Shown: piece after piece, positions 20,087 to 31,464 of the stretch
Position numbering within the stretch: position 1 is the stretch's first letter
Layout: each line of letters begins with the position of its first letter
Translations under genes and position numbers: made by a program
Notes under the pieces: generated by a model
The model's database searches: none
Told to the model about the DNA's origin: nothing
What the model saw: only the letters and a program-made list of their open reading frames with translations
Source of the DNA: an uncultured Erysipelotrichaceae bacterium
GTDB taxonomy: Bacteria; Bacillota_I; Bacilli_A; RF39; UBA660
Assembly: GCA_902801795.1 (NCBI GenBank)
Contig: CADCJQ010000004.1
Location: 1 to 61,236 of the forward strand
Reading direction: 5' to 3'
DNA: 61,236 nt

Positions 20087-21316
20087 CTATTTATTTTCTA
20101 ATTCTTCTTCAATACGAATTAATTCATTATATTTACAAATACGATCAGTACGAGAAATAGAACCTGTTTTAATTTGTCCAAGATTAAGTCCTACTGCAAG
20201 ATGAGCAATAGTAGTATCCTCAGTTTCTCCTGAACGATGAGAAATAATTGTTTTATAGTTATATGCACGAGCAAGTTCAATTGTTTCTAATGTTTCGGTA
20301 ATTGTTCCAATTTGATTTACTTTAAGTAATATAGCATTTCCAGCATGTAATTCAATACCTTTTTGTAAATATTCTTTATTAGTTACAAATAAGTCATCAC
20401 CAACTAATTGAATTTTATCTCCTAGAACACTAGTAATTTTGGTAAATCCTTCCCAATCATTTTCATCAACAGGATCTTCAATGGATATTATTGGATACTT
20501 CGTTGTTAATTCTTTATAATATTCAATTAATTCATCAGTTGTTAAACTACGATTTTCCCCAACAAGATTATATTTACCATCCTTAAAGAATTCTGATGCT
20601 GCTACATCAATTGCCATACATACATCAACTCCTGGAGTATATCCCGCTTTGGTAATAGCCTCCATAATTAATTTAAATCCTTCTTCATTAGAAGATAAGT
20701 TAGGGGCAAAACCACCTTCATCACCAACACTTGTAGCAAGTCCACGTTCCTTTAAAATATTTTTTAAAGTATGGAATACTTCACTTGCAACTCTCATAAT
20801 TTCTTTAAATGATTTTTGCATTGGAATAATCATATATTCTTGAAAATCTAATGAATTATCTGCATGAGCACCACCATTAATAATATTCATCATTGGACGA
20901 GGTAATGTATTTCCTTCACCAATATAACGATAAAGTGGCTTATGAGCATTCAAAGCTGCTGCTTTAAGAGATGCCATACTAACACCTAATATTGCATTAG
21001 CTCCAAGTTTACTTTTATTTTTAGTACCATCTAATTCAATCATTTTATAATCAATAGCTTTTTGATCTTCTACATCCATTCCAACTATAGCATCACGAAG
21101 AACAGTATTTACATTATTTACGGCATTTAAAACACCTTTTCCTAAATAACGAGATCCTCCATCACGCATTTCCAAAGCTTCTCTTGAGCCTGTTGAGGCA
21201 CCACTTGGTACTTCAGCACGTCCCATAATACCATTTTCCAAAATAACATCTACTTCAACTGTTGGATTTCCTCTTGAATCTAAAATTTCTCTTCCTTTAA
21301 TATTTACTATTTTCAT
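20087..21316 (-). CDS. eno: Enolase
   Basis: [39 protein letters not shown]; start placed at MKIVNIK, which has an AGGAG RBS. Confidence 0.98.
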   Translation of the reverse strand: MKIVNIKGREILDSRGNPTVEVDVILENGIMGRAEVPSGASTGSREALEMRDGGSRYLGKGVLNAVNNVNTVLRDAIVGMDVEDQKAIDYKMIELDGTKNKSKLGANAILGVSMASLKAAALNAHKPLYRYIGEGNTLPRPMMNIINGGAHADNSLDFQEYMIIPMQKSFKEIMRVASEVFHTLKNILKERGLATSVGDEGGFAPNLSSNEEGFKLIMEAITKAGYTPGVDVCMAIDVAASEFFKDGKYNLVGENRSLTTDELIEYYKELTTKYPIISIEDPVDENDWEGFTKITSVLGDKIQLVGDDLFVTNKEYLQKGIELHAGNAILLKVNQIGTITETLETIELARAYNYKTIISHRSGETEDTTIAHLAVGLNLGQIKTGSISRTDRICKYNELIRIEEELENK

Positions 21317-21338
21317 TTTTTTCTCTCCTTTTCTTATT

Positions 21339-21587
21339 TTATTTTTCTTCTTCAAAACGATATTTTTGTTTTACCTCAGGATATTTTTCATGATCTACTT
21401 CTGATAAAAACATCTTAAGTGGTCTTACATAAATACCATCTTTATGATTTGCATTACTGCCATTTCCAAGACAAGCATAAACAACCATATCTTCCATGGT
21501 TTCACTATGTTTGCAAAGAGTTATTATAACCGCCCTACCACCTTTAAAATGACGATAAATCGTATTAGGCTTAACTATTCTTTCCAT
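21339..21587 (-). CDS. DUF1653 family protein
   Basis: YRHFKG, HSET.E.MVVY, VRP..MFLSEVD..KYP...QKYRFE. Confidence 0.88.
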   Translation of the reverse strand: MERIVKPNTIYRHFKGGRAVIITLCKHSETMEDMVVYACLGNGSNANHKDGIYVRPLKMFLSEVDHEKYPEVKQKYRFEEEK

Positions 21588-22929
21588 TTTTTAATTCTCC
21601 TACTAAACTTTTAAATTCCGCTCCGCGAACTTCACATTCTTTGTATTGATCCCAAGAAGCAGACGCTGGACTTAATAACACAACATCACCTTTTTTCATT
21701 ATCTCTTTTATTTTAGAAAAACTATCTTTTAAATGTTCATAAATAAAAGTATTAATCTTTAATTTATCACCAAACGTTCTTACTCTTTCACGACATTCAC
21801 CAATACCGATTATGGCTTTAACATTTTTCATGTATTCACCCAAATCATCAAAGTTTTGTCCACGTTCAAGTCCTCCTAAAATAATAATTGTTGGCTTATC
21901 AAAAGACGATAAAGCAATTTGAGTACATTTAATATTTGTTGCTTCCGTATCGTTATAAAATCTTACGCCACTTATTTCATCAACAAATTCAAGACGATGT
22001 TCTACACCATAGAAATTACTAATTACTTTAGCAATAACATCATTTGTAACATTAAATTCTTTACAAATAGTAATAGCTCCTAAAATATTCTCAATATTAT
22101 GAATACCTGGTATTTTAATAATACTTGTATCAATAACTTTTTCATCATGGTAATAAATTGCATTATCTTTTAAATAACAATCCGTTTTTTCTTTACTTGA
22201 AAAATATTTCTTTTGACTTTTAATATTTTTCATTTCTTCTAAAACATCACTATTATTTAAATTAAGAATCGCAATATCATCACTACTTTGATTGTAAAAC
22301 ATTCTTGCCTTAACTTTTTTATAATTATCATAACTACCTAAAAAGTCGATATGTGCTGGACTATAATTAGTAATTAATCCTACATGTGGATGAAATTCTT
22401 GAATATTTAAACTCTGTTGAACAGATACTTCCATAACAATAATATCATCTTTTTTTAAAGTGGTTAGAATGCTACACAAAGGATAACCGATATTACCTGC
22501 TAAATGTACGCGTTCTTTAAAAGCTTCATGCATTATTTGATATGTAAGTGTTGTTGTAGTTGTTTTACCATTAGTTCCAGTTATTCCAATTAACGTTACA
22601 TCCTTTGGTAATAATTGATAAGCAAGTTCAACTTCATTAATTACCGGAATCCCTAATTCTTTAGCTTTTAATACATATTGATGATCATTACGAATACCAG
22701 GGTTTTTAATTAAATAATCAAAAGTCTTATCTAAAAGATCTTCTGGATGACTTCCTAAAATTATTTGACAACCTTTTTTCTTTAAATCATCTAATATCTT
22801 TTTATCATGTTTAGTTTCATCATTTAGGTCATTGATAACTACTTTATTATTTCTTTCTAATAAAGTATAAGAAGCCGCTACCCCACTTCTTGCTAGTCCT
22901 AGAATTAAAATCTTTTTATTTTCAAACAT
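21571..22929 (-). CDS. murD: UDP-MurNAc-L-Ala--D-Glu ligase
   Basis: GLARSG, KNPGI, GITGTNGKTTT, AGNIG, HRLE, LLSPASASWDQY. Confidence 0.95.
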   Translation of the reverse strand: MFENKKILILGLARSGVAASYTLLERNNKVVINDLNDETKHDKKILDDLKKKGCQIILGSHPEDLLDKTFDYLIKNPGIRNDHQYVLKAKELGIPVINEVELAYQLLPKDVTLIGITGTNGKTTTTTLTYQIMHEAFKERVHLAGNIGYPLCSILTTLKKDDIIVMEVSVQQSLNIQEFHPHVGLITNYSPAHIDFLGSYDNYKKVKARMFYNQSSDDIAILNLNNSDVLEEMKNIKSQKKYFSSKEKTDCYLKDNAIYYHDEKVIDTSIIKIPGIHNIENILGAITICKEFNVTNDVIAKVISNFYGVEHRLEFVDEISGVRFYNDTEATNIKCTQIALSSFDKPTIIILGGLERGQNFDDLGEYMKNVKAIIGIGECRERVRTFGDKLKINTFIYEHLKDSFSKIKEIMKKGDVVLLSPASASWDQYKECEVRGAEFKSLVGELKNGKNS

Positions 22930-23132
22930 TCTCCCTCCTACATAAATTATACTTTTTATCTTTTAAAAAGTAAACCTTTAAATGTAAAGAAATATTTTTT
23001 CGTTAAGACTCTAAATCATATTATTAAATAATAAGATTCTGTAACATTATGTTATATAATATTCTAATAATAATATAGTTTAAAAAAAATAAGATTAGCA
23101 TCTACTAACCTTATATATCATCAAATATTAAT

Positions 23133-24554
23133 TTATTTCTTCCAAGGATTATTACTATCTGGATCTGTTGGATCCCATCCTTTATTTGGACTATCACCAC
23201 TTATTTTAGGAGCACTTGGTTTACTAACTCCACTTGGAAGATTTCCATCATATATTTTAACAGTAGTTCCTTTAGGACAATTATTATATATCCATTTAAC
23301 ATCACGTACTGTCATTCGAACACATCCTTTGGATGCAGGAGTACCTAATTTATTATATTCATCCCATTCTAACGAATCTTTTGACTTCTTAGTATAAGGA
23401 ACAGAATGAAATAAGATATCACCAACTATTCTTGTATAGTATTGTCCATAAAGATTACCAACCAACCATCCCCATGATGCTTTATCTTGGGTTTTATAAG
23501 TTCCTGTTGGTGTTTTATTATTCATTCCTACAGAACAAACAAAGACTTTAACAACTTTTGTATACTGATTATTACTATCAAGTCCATAAACAATAACTAC
23601 ATTTTGATTTCTTATTACTTCAATATAATATGGTTTATTAACTACTTTTTCTTTAACCGTCAACTTAATCGTTTTACTAGATGAATTCTTACTTAAATCA
23701 CTTGATGATATTTTAATACTATAATCCCCTACTTTATTAATGTCATAAGAGCCACTTATTTTACACTCTGTTTTTCCATCAACAGCATCTTCACATTTAA
23801 TTTTATCTTTAATATTGATTTTCGTTCCTTTAGTAATTGATAAATTACTTGCAGTAATCACAGGACCAGTTCTATCTTTTATAAGTTCATAATTATCATC
23901 ATTACTTATTTTTTGATATTCATTAAAACTATTTCTTTTATTAAAAACTATTGTTCCTTTTTCAATATTCCATGTTTTATTATTCTTTTTTAAATATTCT
24001 AATTTAATACTATTATTATCAATACTTTCCTTAAATTCATCTATTTTATCACTATAGTTAATTAATTGAAAATTCTCAAATAAATTATTAAATAATTTTT
24101 TATTATCTTCATCTTTAATATTACTATCATCTACTTTTTCTAAAGAAAGTAACTTTTCTTTTAATTCATTAAGCTTTTCTTTAGATTCATTTAAATACTT
24201 AATATTATTGTCAAGATCATTTTTAAGATTATCATCAAATATATTAATTATTTTTTTATCCGTAATTACTTCCTTTAAATTACTTACATTTTCTAAAACA
24301 TTATTTAAATAATTATTTACTTCTTTTTCAACTTCTTTTCTTTTATCTGATACATTTTCTTTTTTTAATTCTTCTTTAATATTTTTAATATCATCATTAT
24401 CATTTAATAAATAATTATTGACCATTGTAATCTTATTCGTTAATTTATTAACATCATTTTGATAAACTATCTTTGGATTAATAATAAAGATAAATACTAA
24501 AATTAATATAATTAGTACTAAACTTGGTATAATAAACCATAACTTCTTTTTCAT
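23133..24554 (-). CDS. L,D-transpeptidase (YkuD) with N-terminal anchor, coiled coil and Ig-like domain
   Basis: CSVG..TPTG, ILFHSVPY, LGTPASKGCVRM. Confidence 0.9.
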   Translation of the reverse strand: MKKKLWFIIPSLVLIILILVFIFIINPKIVYQNDVNKLTNKITMVNNYLLNDNDDIKNIKEELKKENVSDKRKEVEKEVNNYLNNVLENVSNLKEVITDKKIINIFDDNLKNDLDNNIKYLNESKEKLNELKEKLLSLEKVDDSNIKDEDNKKLFNNLFENFQLINYSDKIDEFKESIDNNSIKLEYLKKNNKTWNIEKGTIVFNKRNSFNEYQKISNDDNYELIKDRTGPVITASNLSITKGTKINIKDKIKCEDAVDGKTECKISGSYDINKVGDYSIKISSSDLSKNSSSKTIKLTVKEKVVNKPYYIEVIRNQNVVIVYGLDSNNQYTKVVKVFVCSVGMNNKTPTGTYKTQDKASWGWLVGNLYGQYYTRIVGDILFHSVPYTKKSKDSLEWDEYNKLGTPASKGCVRMTVRDVKWIYNNCPKGTTVKIYDGNLPSGVSKPSAPKISGDSPNKGWDPTDPDSNNPWKK

Positions 24555-24640
24555 AAATAAACTCCCACCACCAATATATCGATGTTATTATACCATTTAT
24601 TAATAGTTATTACTACTATTATATAATACTTAATTACATA

Positions 24641-24676
24641 AAAAGCATTATTTAATATATCCAAAATAATGCTTTT
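24641..24676. terminator. Terminator-like inverted repeat
   Basis: aaaagcattattt / aaataatgctttt. Confidence 0.5.
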
Positions 24677-24706
24677 ATTATAGTTTAATGCTTATTTTTT
24701 TATTGC

Positions 24707-24736
24707 CTCACAACTTGCTTAATCGCAAGTTGTGAG
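24707..24736. other. Perfect 12-bp hairpin downstream of the 651-aa target paralog
   Basis: ctcacaacttgc-ttaatc-gcaagttgtgag. Confidence 0.6.
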
Positions 24737-24863
24737 TTTCTTTTATTCTATATTTACCTTTTCGTATTATATACTCCGCCTTCCAAAAGGGTTTTCGGTA
24801 GGCTCATCATTCTATCTTTTCTCTAGCCCACTTGAATGTGGTGTGTGGAACTTAATTTTGACA

Positions 24864-26819
24864 TTAACTCACCTTCAAAATGTACGGAGAGGTATATGAC
24901 CCATCTCCCCCATTTAACAATATAGTGGATTCTAGATTAAGGACTGGGCGAACGGCGTCACCGTAATCACCATGACTGAAGTATCCAACGTAACCGGCAC
25001 CGTTCCAATAAGCCACAATCTGCGGAAAGTTAGAAGACGGAGACAAAAACCAATTATAATAAGCATCGTTATTTAAAAACCAGTTATCTCCTTGGATTGC
25101 TGGATTACTTGCATTCCAGTAATTATTTAACGTACTTATCCAATAACTACTACTTGCAGCGTATCCAAAATCACTTGGATATGGTAAGGCAATTTTTCCT
25201 TCCCATTCACTACTATTGCCATTCCATACATTACAACTATTATTTTGTGAATTACTAGTTATACTTGCAGCACATTCTTGAACAATTGCTCTTTCCAAAT
25301 CATAAGTTTGACTTGCTGTTCCATAACTAGATATATTTACATTTCTTAAATAATATGTATCATCAACAATTAAATTCTTATATGTAGAATTTATTGTATT
25401 ATAATAACTTCCCGTATTGTTTTCATTTAACCAATATTGAAGTCCTGCTTTTGCCCAATTATTTTTGGTATTAGATGAATCACTATTCCATGTAATTGGA
25501 GCATATTTTGCATTAGCCATAGGACTACTTCCAAAATTTTGCTTTATCATATAAGTTGTATTATTTAATGCTGTATATTGAACACCTGTTCCAGAATCTG
25601 TCATAAAACTATCTGATGTTTTTATTGGTACATCTTTCATTATTTTTACTTTATCACCAAATACTCCAATTATTCTCCATAATTCATTATTAAATGAAAT
25701 ATAGTTTTTTACTGTTCCATCTTGTACTCCTGTTCCAGAAACTAATGTATATGTTGTCCCTGTTGGAGCATTACCACCTTGATATGCTGCAATATCAGCT
25801 GTTGGTGTATATAGTCCTGGAGGACCACCACCAAATACTACGGTTTCTGGACACTCATTTCCTTCAATTTGAAGATTATATGTTGTTCCACCATTTTCAT
25901 AAGAACAATATCTTCCTCCACCAGAGTAACGATATTCTCTTATTGTATCAGATCCACTTGCTAAAGCACCACTTGTGTTAATTGCTACAACACCATCGTT
26001 TCCAAGTCTTGAAATAACTTTATCACCTAGTGACATTGGTGGTTCATCAACCCATATTCCTTCTTGGGCTTCTACTTTAACTTGAAATGATACTCCATTA
26101 GTTCTTAAACTATTCCATTCACTTGTTGTTAATACAGTTCTTCCTTGTATCCAACCTTCATTTTCATCACTTGTATCAGTAATAGCAACTAAAGAATTAT
26201 CAAAATAAGCTTTAATAGTTATTTTTCCATTAATAGAGTTATCAGTATTTGTTGCATCAGGTGCAATAAAACCTACTAAAATATACTCATCTCCTGTTAT
26301 TGTATTACCAATTATTTTTTTATAGTGAGATGTTGTATAAGTATCTCTATTTGCAAAATAATCATTATCACTTGTTCCTAAAGTATTATTAGTACCACTT
26401 CCATTAGTTCCAACTTGTACATCTAAACTAATTGGTACTATTTTAGTAGTATTACCTGATGTAATTGAAGCAGTTGTATTAGCACTTGATACTAAATATT
26501 CAACCCCATCACTATAAGTCGTATGACCATTAATTAATATTTCCACAGTATCAATATTATCATCATCAACATTTGTTATTAAACCATTATTATCTTTTGT
26601 TATTGATATTGGAAATGCATTAGTAAGGTTAATATTACCATTTTGAGTTGTTTCAAAAGTAATATTACCTAATTTAAGAGTATTACTTTCACCTGTTCTT
26701 GTATAGTTGAAGAACGCATAGGTAAAACCTCCTAACATTGCTATTAAAATAAATAAACCTAAATATATTTGTAAATTAAGTTTTCTATTTTGTTTTCTTT
26801 CTTCATTTAATTCATTCAT
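24864..26819 (-). CDS. Paralogous SipW-signal surface protein with C-terminal CLec-like domain; remote DGR target candidate
   Basis: GGFTYAFFNYTRTG, GRTVLTTSEWN, LWRIIG, WFLSP...AVRPVLNL...G.GS...PY. Confidence 0.8.
   Translation of the reverse strand: MNELNEERKQNRKLNLQIYLGLFILIAMLGGFTYAFFNYTRTGESNTLKLGNITFETTQNGNINLTNAFPISITKDNNGLITNVDDDNIDTVEILINGHTTYSDGVEYLVSSANTTASITSGNTTKIVPISLDVQVGTNGSGTNNTLGTSDNDYFANRDTYTTSHYKKIIGNTITGDEYILVGFIAPDATNTDNSINGKITIKAYFDNSLVAITDTSDENEGWIQGRTVLTTSEWNSLRTNGVSFQVKVEAQEGIWVDEPPMSLGDKVISRLGNDGVVAINTSGALASGSDTIREYRYSGGGRYCSYENGGTTYNLQIEGNECPETVVFGGGPPGLYTPTADIAAYQGGNAPTGTTYTLVSGTGVQDGTVKNYISFNNELWRIIGVFGDKVKIMKDVPIKTSDSFMTDSGTGVQYTALNNTTYMIKQNFGSSPMANAKYAPITWNSDSSNTKNNWAKAGLQYWLNENNTGSYYNTINSTYKNLIVDDTYYLRNVNISSYGTASQTYDLERAIVQECAASITSNSQNNSCNVWNGNSSEWEGKIALPYPSDFGYAASSSYWISTLNNYWNASNPAIQGDNWFLNNDAYYNWFLSPSSNFPQIVAYWNGAGYVGYFSHGDYGDAVRPVLNLESTILLNGGDGSYTSPYILKVS
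24941..25045 (-). repeat. VR-like GC-rich patch (cognate TR not in window)
   Basis: Abrupt GC rise and NNC/NNT codons between WFLSP and VRP, at the position homologous to VR1/VR2. Confidence 0.6.
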
Positions 26820-27173
26820 TATTATTTCCTCCTACTATATTTATTAATTAATTAAATTATCCTATGATGTATCAAAATAATAGTCATATTCTTTAATACA
26901 TGCAGTAATATTACATTTATAAGTGGTTAAAACCTTATGTGCCCCCCCATTCGACACTTATTTGACATATTATTATCACCTCTATTTTGAAAATTTTCAT
27001 ATTCAAAATTCCTTTCAATTTTACATGATAATCATACCAAATTATAAAATTAATTACAATATTTTTCAATAATTATTTTACAATTTAAGAAAACCTAAAA
27101 CAAAAGAGAACTAAATTAGTTCTCTTCATGAATTATTTAAATACTTTAAATAATTAACATATTATTTATTAAA

Positions 27174-27968
27174 CTATTCAATATTAACACCTTTATTAAA
27201 TGACTTTTTACATAATAGACTCATAACATATATTATTACTAAATATAGTAGTGATGCAATGATCAATAATATTTTAAAAGAATTAACATCAATACTTACT
27301 GCTGCTGTTTTAAATAATTCCATTATTGATGAATCAAATAAACCATAAATAAAAATTAAGAATAAAACAAGAAATTGAGCAACTAAATATGAAATAAATC
27401 CAAATAATACAGAATATCCTAATTTACCATTATTCTTTTGATATCCTAAAATAATACCATAAAAGCCACATTGAATAGCATTAAAGATTTCTAAAAAGAC
27501 AACAATAATAAACATTGTAACCAAAAATGCTGTACTCATATTTAATCCTATCGTAATATTTTTTATAAAATTAGTAATCGCTAACCAATTATCTTTAGAA
27601 TAATATGCAATAAATAAACTTAATATAATCACAAAAAATCCAATAAAGAAAAAGATTAATGTTAAGAAAAATTTTGAATTATATAATTCATTTTTTGTAA
27701 CTGGTAAAGTATGTGTTAAATATGCTTCATCTTTATATAAAGAATCTCTAAATCTAATCCAACTTCTCATCATAGTATTTATCAAAATACTTGCAAGCAT
27801 GGAAATCATACAACCCATACTTATATGACTAATAATATTAATAATTACAGACTGCTCTAAACTAAATAATATTCTTGTTGTTATGGCAAAAAATATTGAT
27901 AATATATAAAAGATACTCATATTTCTTATCATATATTTTAAATCATATTTTAATAATTTCACTAACAT
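27174..27968 (-). CDS. ABC transporter permease
   Basis: KLLKYD, YLTHTLPV motif, 6 TM; operon with the ATPase. Confidence 0.85.
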   Translation of the reverse strand: MLVKLLKYDLKYMIRNMSIFYILSIFFAITTRILFSLEQSVIINIISHISMGCMISMLASILINTMMRSWIRFRDSLYKDEAYLTHTLPVTKNELYNSKFFLTLIFFFIGFFVIILSLFIAYYSKDNWLAITNFIKNITIGLNMSTAFLVTMFIIVVFLEIFNAIQCGFYGIILGYQKNNGKLGYSVLFGFISYLVAQFLVLFLIFIYGLFDSSIMELFKTAAVSIDVNSFKILLIIASLLYLVIIYVMSLLCKKSFNKGVNIE

Positions 27969-28669
27969 TTGAACATCCTCCTAAAGATTTCATCAATAGA
28001 TGCTTTTTCTTTATTTCGAAGTTTATCAGCATCGCCTTGTAATACTATTTCTCCTTTATCAATAAAAATAACTTCATCTAAAATTCTTTCAATATCTGCG
28101 ATTAAATGTGTTGAAATAATAACACTAGCCTTTTCATTAAAATTAGATAGAATAGTATCTAATATATAATCACGAGTAGCAGGATCTACTCCACCTAATG
28201 GTTCATCTAAAATATATAAATCAGCATTACGTGACATAACAAGTACTAAACTTACTTTTTCTTGCATACCTTTACTCATTTTAGATAAATGTTCATTTAC
28301 ATCTAAATCTAAATCCTTTAATAATTTTTTAGCTTTATTTTCATCAAAATTATCATAAAAATCTTTAAAATAATCAATTACTTCCGATACTTTCATATTT
28401 TTATTTAAATATGTTCGCTCTGGTAAATAAGAGATAACTTTTTTAGTTTCAACACCAACCTTTTTACCATTTACTAATATTTCACCACTTGTCGGAGTTA
28501 ATAAATCATTTATAAGTTTTATTAAAGTCGTTTTTCCAACGCCATTTTTCCCAAGTAAACCAATTATTTTACCACCTGAAACATTAATATTAATATTTTT
28601 TAATATTTCTTTATTATCAAATGATTTATTTAAATTTTTTATTTCTAATAGTTCCATCTTAATTATCAA
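27962..28669 (-). CDS. ABC transporter ATP-binding protein
   Basis: GKNGVGKTT, MSKGM, LDEP, STH. Confidence 0.93.
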   Translation of the reverse strand: MIIKMELLEIKNLNKSFDNKEILKNININVSGGKIIGLLGKNGVGKTTLIKLINDLLTPTSGEILVNGKKVGVETKKVISYLPERTYLNKNMKVSEVIDYFKDFYDNFDENKAKKLLKDLDLDVNEHLSKMSKGMQEKVSLVLVMSRNADLYILDEPLGGVDPATRDYILDTILSNFNEKASVIISTHLIADIERILDEVIFIDKGEIVLQGDADKLRNKEKASIDEIFRRMFKC

Positions 28670-29018
28670 TCCTTTCTAAATATTTAATTGAATCAGCTTT
28701 GCCTAAGCCAATTTTTCTCATCCCTTCAAAATAACTTTTCGCTAGTGTAAGTGCATATTCATCTTTTAATTTTGCAATTAAATTTTCGTCTTTAGTAACA
28801 TACTTTCCATTAGTTCTTTCGGTATATATTAAATCCATACTTTCAAGTTCTGCTAATGCCTTTTGCATCGTATTAGGATTAACTTTAAATGTCGTTGCAA
28901 AATCTCTAACTGACGGAAGTTTTTCTCCACATTTAAAAACACCAGAAATAAGGTATATTTTCATATATTCTAATAATTGAATATATATGGGAATATTATT
29001 ATCAAATGATAATTCCAT
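28659..29018 (-). CDS. GntR (YtrA-type) regulator
   Basis: PIYIQ, GEKLPSVR..A....VNPNT..KA. Confidence 0.92.
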   Translation of the reverse strand: MELSFDNNIPIYIQLLEYMKIYLISGVFKCGEKLPSVRDFATTFKVNPNTMQKALAELESMDLIYTERTNGKYVTKDENLIAKLKDEYALTLAKSYFEGMRKIGLGKADSIKYLERIDN

Positions 29019-29119
29019 TTTTCCTCCTTGTATTACTTGATTAATACAATAATATTGTATATTATATTTTATGTTATGTCAATAGAAAAAAGAAACTAAT
29101 TGCTTAGTTTCCATAAATT

Positions 29120-30037
29120 CTAATCTGTAGCCGATGCTCCAATAACAACAAAACGTTTCATATTTTTATCATATATACTAATACATCTTGCTCCCCACCA
29201 CTCTAGTCCATCATTAAAGTAATTAGACCAATTGGTAGACCATTCAAAAATTTCTAAATTATCAAATCCTTTTGGAAAAAGAAGCTTATTTATGTATTCA
29301 AAATCTTTAATATTATAACTACATCCATGTGGTGGATTCAAAAACAAATACCAATATGGTTTACTTTCTTCTTTATTTTCATTTGCTATTTCAAAAAAAC
29401 ACTTTGCTTTTAATCTACTTGCTTTCATCTTTTTGATATTAAAGGTAATATCAATATTACACTTCTTTTTTATAACTTTAGACCATTTTGACATTGCAAA
29501 TAGAACAACCTTTTTATGTGATTCTTCATCATTATAATCTAAATCACTCTTTATAATGCAATAATCTAAAACACATTCATCATATTTTTCATATTCTTTA
29601 TAAAAGATATCATCGGATAGTTCTCTAATATTATGAAAATCATTGAATATAAATTTTCTTTCATCATCATCAATAGTATTATTTTTATCATTTAATGATA
29701 TATCATCATTTAATTTTTTTTCTAAATAACTTATATCTGTATCAAATACTTGATAATTTATTGCACAAAGTAATAAATCACATATTCCTTTTATATCATA
29801 TTCTTTCCCAGTAATTGCTTTTATTTTTTTATTATTTTTAGCAACATCAACTATTTCAAAAACATTAAACGAATTATGAATAATAATGACTATTTTACTA
29901 TCTAATTTCATATATAAACAAGGTTCATATGGATAACTTTCCAAATAATACTTATTATGTTTATTATTAAAAAGCAAATCATGATTATTACTTATTAAAG
30001 AACATTTATCTGATTGATATAATATTTCATTATTCAT
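29120..30037 (-). CDS. Hypothetical protein
   Basis: 305-aa ORF, GAGGTG RBS, W.TNWSNYF.DG.EWWG...GASATD C-terminus. Confidence 0.75.
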   Translation of the reverse strand: MNNEILYQSDKCSLISNNHDLLFNNKHNKYYLESYPYEPCLYMKLDSKIVIIIHNSFNVFEIVDVAKNNKKIKAITGKEYDIKGICDLLLCAINYQVFDTDISYLEKKLNDDISLNDKNNTIDDDERKFIFNDFHNIRELSDDIFYKEYEKYDECVLDYCIIKSDLDYNDEESHKKVVLFAMSKWSKVIKKKCNIDITFNIKKMKASRLKAKCFFEIANENKEESKPYWYLFLNPPHGCSYNIKDFEYINKLLFPKGFDNLEIFEWSTNWSNYFNDGLEWWGARCISIYDKNMKRFVVIGASATD

Positions 30038-30131
30038 CTTTATAACACCTCATATAATTTATTATACTACATAATAATTAACTTTAATAATCAAAAAGGA
30101 ACTAATAATTTAGTTCCAAATATCTTAAATA

Positions 30132-30546
30132 TTAATAACAATATATTTGTGCTTCATGATCAATAGTTTTTCCAAAAACATGACAATTATCATCATAATG
30201 AACACTTACATATCCATCAGTTCTTGTATCACCATTTGTTTCACCAATACATGTATAACGAGTATTATTAGAATTATAACTACATCCAGTACTGAATACT
30301 TGATTTAAAATACCAATATTATATTGGAAAGAACTACCATTTTCCGTTCCTTCAAGACAATATGCTTTTCCTTTTTCAATACCACAGGCATAGGCCTCTT
30401 CTATATTATTATTTCCAGCAAGTATTAATCCTAAAAACCTTCTTCTTTGATATCCTCTTTCATCTTTTAAAGAAGCGTAATCTTTAGTATAATCTGTAAC
30501 TTTATCATTAAATGTTTTTTTTCTTTATCATCTTCATCAAATCCAT
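30132..30546 (-). pseudogene. Cys-rich domain gene fragment / frameshifted ORF
   Basis: About 130 open codons (YTKDYASLKDERGYQRRRFLGL..EAYACGIEKGKAYCLEG..YTCIG..QIYCY*) with no in-frame start; the ATG at 30546 is out of frame by 1 nt at an A8 run. Confidence 0.6.
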
Positions 30547-30547
30547 C

Positions 30548-31069
30548 TTATGTAAAGGAAACATTATTCATGAATACATCTTCGATATTTCCATAATTTT
30601 CTCCTAAGAAGAATCCTATGGTATATACTTTTCCATCATAAACATACATATAATGATGAACTGTTGAATCATCTTTTGTTTGATATTCATAATATACATA
30701 TTTAATTCCATTTATTTCTTTACTTTGTTCTTTAGCACCATATTGTGTTTCAACAATCGCTTTCAATTCCGAAAGTGATCTACTTTCATCATACATCATA
30801 CGAACTTCAAAAATAAGTTTTTCTTGTTTAAGATAACTCATTGTTCGCATATTACCAATAGCATCCGAATGAAAATCAATATAATTTTCTTTATAATGTA
30901 GTTTTTGTAAAGATTGTTCGCTTTTTAATTTATATTGTTGTCCTTGAATTGTTACTACATCTTTATTATCATTCGTATTTTGATTATTACTATCATTAGA
31001 CTTACCACATCCCGTTATAGCAAAAAAAGTAACTACAACTAATAAACTTAATAAAATTTTTTTCTTCAT
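30548..31069 (-). CDS. Lipoprotein
   Basis: Lipobox ITGC after a hydrophobic signal. Confidence 0.8.
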   Translation of the reverse strand: MKKKILLSLLVVVTFFAITGCGKSNDSNNQNTNDNKDVVTIQGQQYKLKSEQSLQKLHYKENYIDFHSDAIGNMRTMSYLKQEKLIFEVRMMYDESRSLSELKAIVETQYGAKEQSKEINGIKYVYYEYQTKDDSTVHHYMYVYDGKVYTIGFFLGENYGNIEDVFMNNVSFT

Positions 31070-31149
31070 TTAATCTCCTCTTTTATTTACAAATAATAAT
31101 TAACTTGTTATAAACATTATACCACACTATTTTTTATTTTTATATAAAA

Positions 31150-31368
31150 TTATTCAAAATCAAATATAATTCCTACAATAGCCAATATAAAAGGAATAAT
31201 ACTAACAATCATTGTCCATTTACCAATATTCTTCCATCCACTTTTATTTAATCCTTTAAAAGCTGCTTTCCATGATATTATTTTTAATTCATTTCCCCTA
31301 AACATAAATAAACCAACCAAAAGAATACATATCCCAAAGATAATCATTAATATACTAAATCCATTCAT
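31150..31368 (-). CDS. Small two-TM membrane protein
   Basis: GAGG RBS, two hydrophobic segments. Confidence 0.7.
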   Translation of the reverse strand: MNGFSILMIIFGICILLVGLFMFRGNELKIISWKAAFKGLNKSGWKNIGKWTMIVSIIPFILAIVGIIFDFE

Positions 31369-31464
31369 AACTTATTCCTCCTTTCTTTCTATTAATTTAC
31401 AATATAACATATATTTTTATTATATATCAAAAAACAGGATTTGGGTATCCTGTTTTATATATTT

